A stretch of 64,000 bases of DNA from IMG/VR virus record IMGVR_UViG_3300033069_000905, positions 62,001-126,000 of that record. The stretch is one strand, 5' to 3'. The notes beneath the pieces are model-generated. The model saw only the letters and a list, made by a program, of their open reading frames with translations, did not search any database and had not been told where the DNA came from. Both the position numbers and the translations under genes were made by a program. Of this stretch, positions 10,056-22,200 are shown piece after piece (position 1 is the first letter of the stretch; each line of letters opens with the position of its first letter). Source of the DNA: an uncultured virus (IMG/VR IMGVR_UViG_3300033069_000905) (lineage: Duplodnaviria; Heunggongvirae; Uroviricota; Caudoviricetes).

Positions 10056-13000
10056 TCTTTCTTTAAGTTAGGGCACGATTCTGTGCCCACATTGGGCAGC
10101 TTGAATGGGTAAAACCCCCCTGCCGTAGCAAACCCTCCGCCGACACCAGAAGACGTTGTATCGCAATAATACAGGTACTTTCTAGGTTCTGATAAAGCAA
10201 GTGCAAAAGCGCCATTAAATAGGTCGTTATGCGTGGTTTTATAGTAGAACGTGGCGTCCCCTTTGCGCCTCCTAGAAAACACAAAGTCCAGTGTTTGCGC
10301 CGATGAATACTTTGATGATATGGCATTTTTACGTTTGCCTGTTGTGGGTATTGCCGCTGAAATTACTTGCAACGTGCCTTTAGGCGGCAGCGAATAGCCA
10401 GCGGCTGAGCCGTAGGCATCTGACGTTACGAATGAATACACACCCTTCGGCGTTTCTGGCCCCATAGAGTAGCCCCGATTAAGGTACTCTCTCGTTGGAA
10501 TATCACCGTAGGTTAAAGCGGCTTCTGTTGCAGCACTCCCATCCGTAGCATAGGGAGATGAGTGCAGCCATGTTTTAGGGATGTAGTAATCAGACCCAAA
10601 AAAGTTAGCATGAACCCAATTGTAAAGCAGCGCGTACTCTGATATGTCGAGGGTTGTTCCTGACGCGGAAGGCGTCAATATATCTGACTCTAAAACACCA
10701 CCGTTTAATTCAACAACTTCAGTAGCCCGAAGCTGTGCTGATCCCAAAGAAAACGAATGAAAGTTCTCATTGGCAGAACACGCATAAATCATAGTGTCTG
10801 AATTTGAAAAGTCATGCGCAGCCACCACATTGGTAACCGTATCCTTCGTCACTTTTATGTGGAAATCAACACCCGTGGTAACAGACCAATAGGTTTCGCA
10901 AGGCTTCGTCCCTTCACCGCTACTTTGGATATTTCTAAAGGCAAGTCTGGTGTAGTTGAGCGCATCACTCTTTAAAAACTCAGCACACTCCATGTCCAAA
11001 GGCGCGGCATTTATATTCGGCGGGAGATTCAACGGCTTGCCGTAAGAAGGTAAATCCTCCTGTTTCAATTCAGGGAAGTTACCAAGTATATCCAAGCTGG
11101 TACGGCTAACGACGTACTCTGTGTCCACCAACTTATACACGTACATGTCTCTAACAGGCGTATTGCCTGTGGGTAGCCCTGTGGTATCGTCATACTCTGT
11201 GTACGTCTCGTAGCCACATAAAAAAGCTTTAAAGTCGTACACTTTCCTCCCAAACGACTCCATGGCTTGCGTCTGTGCATAGACCAATTCGGCGTCCGCT
11301 GAAGGGAAAGTAACCAACGTCGCCATGAACCGTTTTGTTCGATCCTCGGGAAGAACGTTGATGTCTAGCGTGTTAGACGCCGCCGCATTCAACGGCAACC
11401 TGACACGCATCGTATCTATGTTGGATACCATGTACCCATCTATGGTGCTAATACTCCAATCTTCGTATAGATTGTCGAAGTACAAGGTTCGGTAGTCAGT
11501 CTCGGCTGGTGGTGGGGGGTCAGGCGGGTGCGGGAATTCTAGCTTTATCTCTAGCGGAGAAGTGCTTCCGGTGAACATGAACTGAAAATACACCTGCATA
11601 AACTTGGTGCGTATAACATCCTCTAGCTCAGAATAAATCAGCAGCTTATTAACCAGAGCCAACTGCATCAGTCTAAAGATTATGTCATAGTTGTGCCAGT
11701 AGAAATGGGATAACGGGCCGTCATACGCTTCAGTAAACAATGCTGATTTAGATGAATTTACAAAGTAGAGCGCTTCTAATAAGTAGCCTTGGAAAGCATA
11801 CAGCGCCTCTGGATAGTGTTCTAACGTGGCAGATGTATCTGGGTTAGTGGCAGTGGGTATGTACAGTAGCTCGCCGTCTATGGTTACGCCGGGGTAGTAG
11901 TACGCCCCAAAATAATAAGCTAGCTCATCCTCATCGTGCGAATCCTCAACGTAATCGCTACGACTCAAATTAACAGCTATCTGCGCACTGATAAATTTCA
12001 GTAGCGCGGGATCATTTAATAGGTGCCATGCCAATGAGTGCATGGAGACAAACGTAACTTCGCCGGGATCAACTAACCTGTCCCCAGCATAAATTTCGTA
12101 ATCCGTTATCATTGTGCCTATAGGGACTTTGAGCATCGGCCCCCACGTAGCTGTAGTAAACCCCGTTTTATTAGAACTTACGTCCGCAGGCTTACACGAC
12201 CAGAAATCTCCTGACACGGTACTGCTTTTTACTTCAAGGGTTGGCAGAACCTTAACAAGTTCGGTATAAAACTCATCAAGGTCACTCCTGCCCTCAGAGA
12301 AGAATAACCGGATGTACTCATAAAAATCTTTCTTTGTTGTCGACACGCTAGCACGCGCTGAGAAATCTAGGTTTGTTTCTGTGTTGTTCGTAAAAACTGT
12401 GTCCGTAAGTCGGTACCCTGCTAGATCAGTAGTATCACCAGACAACTTTAAGGTCGACCATGCCAGACCATTACCGTTAACTATTTTCTGCCAGTTGTCC
12501 GACCACTTTGGGCGCGAATACCCCGACGCCACATAATAATTCCCGCTTGTTGTTGACAGGTCGGCTTTAAGTACAGAAAACGTTGCTACGAAATCTCCTA
12601 TCGTGTCCCCCGTCAAAACAATGTCTATACCCACTTCAAGCAAAGCGGTAACAGAATCTTTGCAGGGGATAAGGGTACGGTTGTCTTTTGAAAAGTTAAC
12701 GCCTTCCACAGCCATTGCTGACGCTACACTAGCATTTACTTTATCCTTCAGCACTGTAGGTATGGCGTACCCGTAGGGACAGTCTTTGTGTCTCCACATC
12801 GGATAATCATCACCAAGAATACCCTGCATGACTCGTTGATCCGTTTTCAACTTATAGGCTATGGTTGTAGCGCGTGTGCTGTTGTAGTTGAACGACCACA
12901 CGTAATGCGCTGAATTTAATGGCTTAGACAGGGAAAATCCACTTTCGTACCCCGCCCAATCATCATACGTTGTTGGATTACTTTTAGCCGAATCTCCATC

Positions 13001-13855
13001 AACGGGTGAATTACCCCACACAAAAACAGGGCGTGCGTTGGCTTTGAACGTGCTTGATTTGTACAGTTTGGAGTTTAGCGCGTAAGCTGTGTCGGCAGAT
13101 GGAACCTCTAGCCCGTGTGCAGAAAAAGGAAAATCCCAAGACTGCACGTAAGCATCCGGTGCATAGTACTCACGGTCAGAAGTTACGCCATCAACAATGT
13201 CACTTAAGGGGATGCCTACGGGGTAAACATAGAAACGGCTAAGAGAGTCTGTCAGCACATAAAATAAACGTGAGCCAAAATTTTCGCTAACGACACGTTG
13301 CACACCGCAGCGCCTCCACCATCTAGGCGTAGGTAACTTCGGGACTACGGTTTCTATGTTGTAGCTTGCTTTTGCTGTTGTTGCTGGTAATGCTGTTTGT
13401 GTGTACATCGCTGGCCGCGTTCCCCATGAAACAGGAAACTCGTTGGGCGTTCTCGTCGTCAAGATGCTGTGTGCTTTACCTCCCCAATTAAAAATATTAG
13501 AAGGCGAATAGCTTACGCAGAAGGCTGTCGGACTGTACGCCCACGACCGCTGACCAAGCTGGTTGGACACCATTGTAGGCACTGTGGCGTTAGCCGTTAC
13601 ATTCGTTGTCGGAGCGTTACCCCACTGCTTTTCTGGCGCAATATGCTTTGTGGAGTTTAGGGGTTTGGCCTTACTTGATTTTGCGGGGTTGTAAAGGGAC
13701 ACACTACCAAAAATAGGATCGTTATCCGTATCCGTGGTTAGGGATAAATAAACATCCTCAACAGTGTAAAACGTATAAAAACTTGTCTCAGGTTTGAAGT
13801 ACGCCTTAGCTTCATCCCTATCCTTTACGATACCTATGCTTAATGGTTCAGACAT
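10049..13855 (-). CDS. Large hypothetical tail/virion protein
   Basis: 1268-aa ORF inside the tail operon; no family recognised. Confidence 0.55.
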   Translation of the reverse strand: MSEPLSIGIVKDRDEAKAYFKPETSFYTFYTVEDVYLSLTTDTDNDPIFGSVSLYNPAKSSKAKPLNSTKHIAPEKQWGNAPTTNVTANATVPTMVSNQLGQRSWAYSPTAFCVSYSPSNIFNWGGKAHSILTTRTPNEFPVSWGTRPAMYTQTALPATTAKASYNIETVVPKLPTPRWWRRCGVQRVVSENFGSRLFYVLTDSLSRFYVYPVGIPLSDIVDGVTSDREYYAPDAYVQSWDFPFSAHGLEVPSADTAYALNSKLYKSSTFKANARPVFVWGNSPVDGDSAKSNPTTYDDWAGYESGFSLSKPLNSAHYVWSFNYNSTRATTIAYKLKTDQRVMQGILGDDYPMWRHKDCPYGYAIPTVLKDKVNASVASAMAVEGVNFSKDNRTLIPCKDSVTALLEVGIDIVLTGDTIGDFVATFSVLKADLSTTSGNYYVASGYSRPKWSDNWQKIVNGNGLAWSTLKLSGDTTDLAGYRLTDTVFTNNTETNLDFSARASVSTTKKDFYEYIRLFFSEGRSDLDEFYTELVKVLPTLEVKSSTVSGDFWSCKPADVSSNKTGFTTATWGPMLKVPIGTMITDYEIYAGDRLVDPGEVTFVSMHSLAWHLLNDPALLKFISAQIAVNLSRSDYVEDSHDEDELAYYFGAYYYPGVTIDGELLYIPTATNPDTSATLEHYPEALYAFQGYLLEALYFVNSSKSALFTEAYDGPLSHFYWHNYDIIFRLMQLALVNKLLIYSELEDVIRTKFMQVYFQFMFTGSTSPLEIKLEFPHPPDPPPPAETDYRTLYFDNLYEDWSISTIDGYMVSNIDTMRVRLPLNAAASNTLDINVLPEDRTKRFMATLVTFPSADAELVYAQTQAMESFGRKVYDFKAFLCGYETYTEYDDTTGLPTGNTPVRDMYVYKLVDTEYVVSRTSLDILGNFPELKQEDLPSYGKPLNLPPNINAAPLDMECAEFLKSDALNYTRLAFRNIQSSGEGTKPCETYWSVTTGVDFHIKVTKDTVTNVVAAHDFSNSDTMIYACSANENFHSFSLGSAQLRATEVVELNGGVLESDILTPSASGTTLDISEYALLYNWVHANFFGSDYYIPKTWLHSSPYATDGSAATEAALTYGDIPTREYLNRGYSMGPETPKGVYSFVTSDAYGSAAGYSLPPKGTLQVISAAIPTTGKRKNAISSKYSSAQTLDFVFSRRRKGDATFYYKTTHNDLFNGAFALALSEPRKYLYYCDTTSSGVGGGFATAGGFYPFKLPNVGTESCPNLKKEW

Positions 13856-14856
13856 CAGGCAACACCAGAACCGGGTGTGGTTGTATCAAGTATCTGGCTG
13901 GCATTATGGTAAGCAATACGATTTGCTGCGTAAGATAAGCTGTTCTGGTAGTCCTGCTCGCTCATACCGGGCGGCTTTTTGTTTATTTGATACTGCACTA
14001 CAAGTTGATCCGCTGGAACTACCGTGCTGCCGATAACAAGAGGCTTCGGTTTTGTGTGGTGAATATTGTCCCCGTCAGCCGTGTTATGTCCTGTTTCAAT
14101 GACGCTGTTTTTCATTACCCACGAGTCTTCTTTACTCGGCCCCTCAACACCCGGCCCATAAGCATTGGCTTTATCGTAATCAGGGCTGTCCCACTTAGCT
14201 GGTCGCAGCCACTCCCCACGGTCAGTCAATATGGTGGGCGTTGTTATGCTATAGGTGTTATACAGGTTGGTTGAACTAGACGGAATAATGGTCGGCGCGG
14301 GTATGTCAAACGTAGCCACAGCAGGCGGCAGTTGCAGAGCGGGGTCAAACCTATGAATGCAGTACGCTGTGCCATAAAACGTGGATGACATTCTGTACTC
14401 TTTACCAAGCCAAGGATCGAAGGTCACAACTTCTTTACCGAAAGCGGGTGTGTAGGAATACAAATCGTACTCGGCAAAGAAAGGTTCCATCTTTATTGCG
14501 GCATGGCACGGATGAGAAGCTATGAAGTTTCCTGATTCTTGGTCGTATGTTATGGATAGCGGTCTGGTGCTGTGGAGAACAGTCTCAGTAAAACTATACA
14601 GTATTGCCCAATGCCCTATTTCCAGCCAACCAGATGGGGCTGTAACAGAGTTGTTAAAACGCACCAAGGAACCGGGGATGTAAATCCGTATGTTGGCTTT
14701 TATTAGATTCAGCGTCCCATCAGTTACCTCAACAACGTTCCCCGGTGGATACACCTGCACATGGAAAGAATCCCCAACCAGCTTAAGCGGGTATCCGTGG
14801 AGTTTTGTTACCGTAGCTGGTATGTTGGCTACTACGGCACGGACTTCTAATGCCAT
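13855..14856 (-). CDS. Hypothetical tail tip protein
   Basis: 333-aa ORF with translational coupling to the next gene. Confidence 0.55.
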   Translation of the reverse strand: MALEVRAVVANIPATVTKLHGYPLKLVGDSFHVQVYPPGNVVEVTDGTLNLIKANIRIYIPGSLVRFNNSVTAPSGWLEIGHWAILYSFTETVLHSTRPLSITYDQESGNFIASHPCHAAIKMEPFFAEYDLYSYTPAFGKEVVTFDPWLGKEYRMSSTFYGTAYCIHRFDPALQLPPAVATFDIPAPTIIPSSSTNLYNTYSITTPTILTDRGEWLRPAKWDSPDYDKANAYGPGVEGPSKEDSWVMKNSVIETGHNTADGDNIHHTKPKPLVIGSTVVPADQLVVQYQINKKPPGMSEQDYQNSLSYAANRIAYHNASQILDTTTPGSGVA

Positions 14857-14858
14857 GG

Positions 14859-15842
14859 TTAGATTGAACCGCCGTCAAGAACGAAAACAGCACGATTAAC
14901 CGTTGTTGGTGTAGAACCCGCAGGAACAACACGCTTTATCCACAAAGGTACGCTTGCCGCATTGGTCGTAAAGTTAAAAGTATCCCCGTTGGTAAACGTG
15001 CCGCCCCAAGCCGTGTTGGGGATTGTGAAGTACGGAAGGCTAACACCAGCGTTGTCGATAGAAAACGTAGAAGTAACGATATTCCCTGTCCCCATAGAAC
15101 CAAGCGCACTGGATGACACATTGAACGCTGTAGCTGATGTGAATGCGAACGTCCACACAGAGTCTATGGTTGCCTTGTTGTTACACACGATGCTTGAGAT
15201 GTCCAATGATCCTGTGGCCGACGCATCAACAAGGTCGGATACGTTTGCCACTAAATCTCCAAACTCATGAACACCCGCTACTTTGGTTGTTGCTGCTGTG
15301 TACGAACTATTGACCGCAGGGCTGACCGTCATAGTGATAACGCCTGTAGTTCCCGACATGGCCGTTACAGTAACGAAATCCTCATCACCCGCATCAGCTA
15401 CTGTGGGCTTGTTGGTTACCCGAATAACACCGCCAATATAAAAAGGGTTGGCTATGCCAGCGGGTAGTGTGGCTTTAACTTCTGTTGATCCTGACAGGAT
15501 GGATTGGCTTAGGGGAAACACACCAAAAATGGGCGATGCGCTAATGCTGCTCTGCGTGTCTGTCGTTGTTCCGGGGACGAATAGAACAGTATCGCTACCC
15601 CCCGTATCCTTGTCCATGAACACACGTGCGGCTATCAAAGGATCAATCCCGTTATTATGCAGCTTGTAGAACATCTTGCGCCACTTGGTTGATCCTGTAG
15701 TACGTTCTGTATTATCCACGTTGGCGAATAATGCCCCAACCACATCCAACAATTCAACGGTGGTTATCTCCCCGCCATTGGATGACGTGTCTGAAATGTT
15801 AGCGGGTTTGAAAAGCTTGATGTCGGCGGGTAGTAGTGCCAT
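14859..15842 (-). CDS. Tail tip structural protein
   Basis: 327 aa; ISDTSSNGG...LFANVDNTERTTGSTKWRKMF motif seen in phage minor tail proteins. Confidence 0.6.
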   Translation of the reverse strand: MALLPADIKLFKPANISDTSSNGGEITTVELLDVVGALFANVDNTERTTGSTKWRKMFYKLHNNGIDPLIAARVFMDKDTGGSDTVLFVPGTTTDTQSSISASPIFGVFPLSQSILSGSTEVKATLPAGIANPFYIGGVIRVTNKPTVADAGDEDFVTVTAMSGTTGVITMTVSPAVNSSYTAATTKVAGVHEFGDLVANVSDLVDASATGSLDISSIVCNNKATIDSVWTFAFTSATAFNVSSSALGSMGTGNIVTSTFSIDNAGVSLPYFTIPNTAWGGTFTNGDTFNFTTNAASVPLWIKRVVPAGSTPTTVNRAVFVLDGGSI

Positions 15843-15872
15843 GGTGAAACTCCAATGAAAGTAATTGCAAAT

Positions 15873-16274
15873 TTAGATGGTTAACAGCTTTATTTTCCCA
15901 TAAAACATATCTTCGGTTTCATGCTTGGGGCGATTTATCATGGGGGACAATTCTAACGCAGGGGGTTCGTTGTGCCTGAATATTACATTTAGCGTTTCTA
16001 ACGTCCCTGCATCATCACCGACTTCAAGCAAGAAGGAAGACCCTACCGTTGACGCCATAACTGCTAGGTCAGTCACCATGTCAAGCGTTAACCAGCCTTG
16101 CTCTTGCGTTGACTCCAATGTGACCTTTCGACCCGCTTGCAAAGGCGTGGCAAAAACTACGGCTTTACCCCCCACAGTGCGGCTAACCGTCTGAGCCACC
16201 TGATACGACTGAAACCTGTCTGTCCAGTTCAGGCTTGGATTCAACTCCAAACCCCCTAAGCGAATTATAATCAC
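15873..16274 (-). CDS. Distal tail (Dit-like) protein
   Basis: Immediately after the tape measure; RTVGGKAVV...GRKVTL...GWLT pattern. Confidence 0.55.
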   Translation of the reverse strand: MIIIRLGGLELNPSLNWTDRFQSYQVAQTVSRTVGGKAVVFATPLQAGRKVTLESTQEQGWLTLDMVTDLAVMASTVGSSFLLEVGDDAGTLETLNVIFRHNEPPALELSPMINRPKHETEDMFYGKIKLLTI

Positions 16275-19200
16275 GTCATTGACCTATCTTGCAAGTCTCG
16301 CAAAGAATGAACCAAATTGTATATGCTATCACGAGAACCTTGCACTTTTGATGCTTTAGCCTCACCAATCTTTACACTCAACTCAATCATTTCTGATGGA
16401 GTCATGGTTTGGCCTGAGTTGGGCAGGTTTTCTGCATTTAGCATATCCGAAGCTGCTCCTGCTAGGCCACCATCAGAAAAACGAGAATAACTCATATCGT
16501 TAATTGCATTAAACAAACCTGAACCGTAGTGGGAGACAGCATCTTTGTTAACACGGAATTCCCCGTGTGACACCAGTGCATTGATAAACCCGTCAGGGGT
16601 AGCCATCCCGCCCGTGGCACCGCGTATCCCACTGGTAGCATCACCGTATATTTTCTTCTTTCCACCAAGTACTGACTCTGCTGTGCGGTCTAACCTCCCG
16701 TTAAGGCCAAATGCGGTCAAGATACGATCAACAACATCACCACCTTCAGCAAATTGAGCGTAGCGTGTGCCTTTAAGCTTGTCCTTATCGTAAGCAGAAC
16801 TTAAGACTTTGGTTATATTGCTGCTATCTGAAATGAAATCAGTGAGGCTGTTGGAATCACCTTGCGCATAGTTTCGCTTAGCACGCGGAGCATTCCTCAG
16901 ATTTGGTAGCTCGCCCCTTACACTTTTAACCCTTTCCAGTATGTCCCCGATAGGTAGGCTCGCATGGGTCTGGTGTTTAATGTTCTCTGCCACCATTTCT
17001 TTTGTGCGATCCTTGAGCGTGTGTTCTGACGCACGCTTAACCAAGTCCGCTGTAAGTTTCATCCCCCTCGCGCCGTGCACAGCAGACCCGAACACAGGGA
17101 GTGCACCCAGTATGCCCATCCCCAAGCCTAATAAATCCCCCTCACCAGCAGCTTTGTGAACGGTTCCCAGTGCTGACCCAAACCCGGTAATCGGGTTTAG
17201 CAGTCGTCCAAGCTGCTGTAGCGGGTTCGGGTGAGATTTTTCGAATTCTTCATTATCGTGCGCCCAATACTCACCCGTTCGCTGTGCAATACCACCTTCA
17301 GCAAACCTGTCCATAAGGGACAGCATTGGGGGAACTACAATACCGCCTTCAGCATACATACCACCTAGATCACGAGCCGTTACTCGCTCTCCTGTAGATG
17401 ATGTGGTGTGGCTACTTCCGAAGTTATCATAGTGATTACTTCTCTGGATACGCGCCGATTGATAGTCGTTCCAAATTTCTTCTGCTTCGCTCCGCTTTCT
17501 ATTAGATTTCAGCTTATTGAACCACTGGTCGGACGCCTTCACTTCGTTGTACCCTGTGGACGAAGATGCGACTGCCGCCATTTTTCCCGAAGAAGCATCA
17601 TCAGCCAAATCAGAGCTAGTTAACGCCCTTCCAGACTTCACCGCGTCTACTAAAGAAGTATGCCTTGCAGCGCTACCCAAAACGCTAGGAGTCCTCTTTA
17701 CTGTGGCTTCATCTTTATTGGTATTGACAACACTGGCATTAGATACGGTTTGAGTTACTGACTTAGGTGTTAGTGGCTCAAGTCCATAGGCGGATGCAGC
17801 AGCAAGATCGTTTGACCAACCTTTAGAAAGCTGTATTGCCAGCAAAGCCCCGCTTGGATCAGCCGCAGGTGTAGCTGTGGGGTTTGATGCGGGTTGTCCC
17901 GCAGTCAGGCGTCTTTGTTTTTCAGCTTCCGCCAGTTTTTCTGGTGTAGTTCCCGTGTTAAATCCGACTAGACCCCCACCGGCATACTTGACAAGAGTAG
18001 GATTAACTACATCACCACCAGAAGCGTACAGACCCCCCAAGTCACGCGCAGTTACGCGAGTTCCAGTAGAAGACGTGGTGTGGCTACTGCCGAAATTGTC
18101 GTAGTGGTTACTACGTGCGATGCGTGCGGTCTGATACTCATTCCAAATATCTTCGGCTTCGCTGCGCTTGTGCGCAGATTTGAGCGCGTTAAACCAGTTA
18201 TCTGACGCCTTTACCTCGCTGTACCCTTTAGAAGACGATGGTGCCGCTACGTTTTTATCAGACGGGTCTTTAGCCGCCAAATCAGCGTTGGTTAGCGCCC
18301 TTCCAGACTTTACAATATCTTTCAGTTCTAGGTGCCTAGCAACACTTCCTAAAATACCGTGACCGTCAGCTTCTTTAGTTCTTCCTGTGTTTGAGTTGAT
18401 TGTTTTTGTGGTGGAAGTCGTTGTCGTAGACGACTTCTTAGGTTCGTCTGAAGAAAGGCGATTGAAACGAGTTGTTTCACCACCCCAAGAAGCGCTGTCG
18501 CCAACGCCACCACCATCAGCGTAATTAGCAGCAGCAACAGTCCGCGCCATTCTCCTGTCGTCTGATTCTAGGCTCTTACCAAGAAGACCACCTAAGAAGC
18601 CGCTGTCGTCAGATTTCGGTTCTGATTCTTTTGGCGTCAGGCTGTTTAGGATGCGGGAAAATAAACCTTCTTTTTTATTAGAATCCCTCGGAACCTGTGA
18701 AGCCCAGACCGCTTTCCCGTTGTACAGAACCTGTCCGGGTTCAAGTTTTACGTCACCGCCTTCAGCGTAGTTTGCAACTTTTTGCAGTTCATCCTTATTA
18801 CCAAGGACGGTTCCCTGTGCATGCGCTGGTTCTACATGTGTGCTCCCTACAGCGGGTTTCTTTTCGTCAGTACTCCCCACTTTGCTAAACAACGAACCAA
18901 AGAACCCCTCTTTCTTCTTAGGTTCACTCGGCACTTGAGAAGCCCAAGTAGGTTTTCCTTTGTACATCACCTGACCGGGGAGCAATTCTCCTGAATCACC
19001 ACCACTATCGAAATGGCTAACCAAACCACCCAGAGAATAATTAGAATACGCTGCGGCTTGCGCAATTTGCGCCCTTCTGGTGGTTTCGGACGACAAGGCG
19101 CGGTTTAGCAAGTCTTCATGCTGCGACTCTTTCAGAATAGACTTCTTGACGGTCTTAGAATTCTCTACGTCTTCAGCCGTGTATTTTTGGTGGAACAACC

Positions 19201-22200
19201 AGCCAGCAATTCCCTCTTTACGCTTCCCTTCAACCACACCACCTTCAGAAAAGCGTAACGCCCTAGAATTAAGAAGACTCAAAAACTCTGTGCCGTAGTG
19301 GTCTGTTGCGTCACGCTTAACGACAAACTCACCATGGGATAGCAGTGCTGGTATAGAGTCCGATGTTCCTGTGCCTACACCTTGGATAAGCCCACCATCA
19401 GCTTTAGCTATCCTGTCACCAGACTCATCGGTGGACTTTGCTGACCTACTATTACTGCCCTTAACGTTGGCTTCTTCGATGTTTACAGAGAACGTGTGAT
19501 TATCGAGGGCACCTTGAACCGATTTGTACAGTGCGTCTACGCTTTCGTTGTTCAAAGCTACTTTTATATCAGCCGTGTGATCCGCAGTAACGCCGTTAAG
19601 CTGTTTTTGTATGTCAGCAATAGCGGCCTCGTCAAGCTTAGGATTCAGCTTGACTTCAGCGTTTGTGGCAAGTTCGTGCATGCTCTCGGAAAGACGCGAC
19701 ATGGTTTCCGTCACGTTTTGAACCGTAGCCATCTGGCTAGCTTCACCAGCCCTCTCTATTGACCCTTGTTCAGTCTGCACACCCACTAGAGATTGTGTCG
19801 CAGCAGCGTGCCTTTCCATAGCCTCGCGTTTAGCTGTAAGCGGGTCAACGGCATCGGAGTTAAGAAGTCCGCTAGCCATGCCTTGTGCACTCTGGAACTG
19901 CTTCTCTGCGGCCTTGAAGTCACCCGCTTTGCGCATTTCTTCGCCACGGGACATGGCTTCAGCGTATTCTTTTTTCTGGTCTATGTACTTGTCTGGGGCA
20001 GACATGTTAGTACGGTTCATTTCCCGTAGCGTCTTATTCCCCTCAAGGATCGTATCCCGTGCCTGCTTCTCGAAATCAACAGCCGCTTGGGCGTGTTGTT
20101 TAGCCTTTGCTAGAGCATCTTCACGCAAGCTATTGAGTTGGCTGAAATAATCCTTGTTCAAAGCAAGCCGTTTAGTGATGCCTTCGGCTTCGATTTGGTT
20201 AAGCTGCAACTGCTTGTCGTGGGGTGTAGCATCTCCCTTGTTAACCATCTCTTTCTGCTTGTCTTCACTCTTTTTCAAGGCCGACAAGTTTTCTTCGTAC
20301 TTAGCGCCTTCGGCACCTAACTTGGCTTGCCCTTGAGCGGCCTCAGCGGAGTAGATATTTTCCTTGAGCGGGTTGAACTTCATTTGCTCGCCAGCAATAA
20401 CGTCACCATGCCGTTGGTTAACCAGCGTGGTTGCTAGGTCGATTTCCCCTTTGTGAATATCACGCATGCTTTCTACTTTTGCCGTGTAGCCAGCGTAATA
20501 AATATCCAACTGCTTACGCAGGGCATCGTAGTAATTCTGCGATACTTTCAGGCGATCTTTAGCCGAATCAGCGTCCAGCGCAAGTGCAGAGATGCCAGCC
20601 TTTTCTTCCAGATTGGCTTTAGATTCCTTAGCATTAGTACTCGCTGAGTCTTCTCGTGTTGCAGCTTCTTTTTTGTACTTATCCTCAGACTTCTTTTGTT
20701 TTTCCGCGTTTTCTAATACAAAGTTGTACTTATCAAGCTGCGCCTTATCACTGGACGTGCCTTCCAGAGTGAGCGACTTCGTTCCTGTTGTGTCGACCCC
20801 TTTGGCGTTGGCTTGGGTAAGTTGTGTTTTTTCTTCCTTTTCTGACGCAGTAAGTTCACTTACAGGCTTAGCGTTCAGTGACTCAAGGCGATTAGTGACA
20901 TACGCCGCGCTGGCAAATTTCTTGTCGCGTGCTAAAGCATCTTTTAGCTCTGCAACCTTCTTTTCTTGCTCTACTACCTTGGTTTCCGCGTCTTCTTTTG
21001 TTTTGGCCGACTCCGTAGCCAAAACTTTGTCTTTTGCTTTCTTCAGTTCTGTAAGTTTCTGTTCAGCCGTATAAATCTCTAGCTCACGCCCTTTACCTTC
21101 TTTTACCAGACGTTCTTCTAGTGCTTTTTTCTTTTCTTCTGTGTTACGGATAACATCCTCTACCCCTGACCCTTCTTTCTTCGTGGTAGTAGCAACAGGG
21201 GGAGTTGGGGCGGTAGCGGCCTTAACTTCTGGCGTTGCTGGTTTTTTAGCGGCTTCCGGTACTTCTACTTTTCCTTTTTCCTTGGCTTCAACAACACCAG
21301 CCACAACCTTATCATCTTTGACGTTATAGCCGTTGACTAGGATGTTAAAGAAGCCTGAGTTCTTCTTTCCCTCTGTGCCATGTGAGTCTTTTGCTTTTTC
21401 TGGCGTGCCTTCTATCTCAGCCTTGTGTTCTTCACGATACGCTTTCAGCGACTTTTCGTAAGTCTCTCTTTCGTTGGCAAGCGTGGTTTCTTTCTTGGTG
21501 GAATCGCTATCCAAACCTGTCTGCGTTGACACGGTGGATACCGCCTTACGCTTGTCAGCCGTAAGTTTGATGTAAGCCATTGCCCTTTCGTATTTTATTC
21601 TTTCAGCCTCTACGTTAATAGACGCCATTACGGTAGACGTTTTATCCCCCTTGAATTCAGCCCCACTAAGGGCACTGGTTTCTAGTTGGAACTGCGCATC
21701 GTTGAGTTCTTTGACTTTGGCTATCTGCTTGGCGAAGTACTCTGTTTTCTTGGTTAACTCATCTATCGCCAATTCCCAAGCGTTGAACGCGGCTTTTTCA
21801 GCAGACAGGCTTTGTACCGTCGCCCCAAGCCGTTCAAACTCTTTGGTAAGCCCCGCCGCATGGCCTAGCGCTAGGTCAATTTGACCATCAAGGTTACCGT
21901 CGAAAGACGTGGCAACTTCCTTGCTGATTTCCCCTGTTTTTACAAGTTCGTCATAGTACGCTTTGGCTTTTTCAGGGCTTGCCTTGAGTTCTTCTTCGCG
22001 CTTCTGGCTAGCTTTCAATGGGTTGCCAAAATCAGTGAACCCGCTCTTCAACGCTTCTGCGGCCTTAATGCGCTTGGCAATAATTTCGTCAGGGGTTTCC
22101 CCCGATTTATTGGCTTCATCCGTAATGCTTTCTGACGTTGCCTTAAACAAAGCGGCTTCTTTCGGGGACGCCCCCGCCTTTTCTTTGGACGCACCGCCTT

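Noticed and set aside
17345..18990. Tape measure repeats as a CRISPR array or DGR template/variable pair
   Set aside because: They are in-frame protein-level duplications, differences are not adenine-specific, and no RT or cas gene is present.
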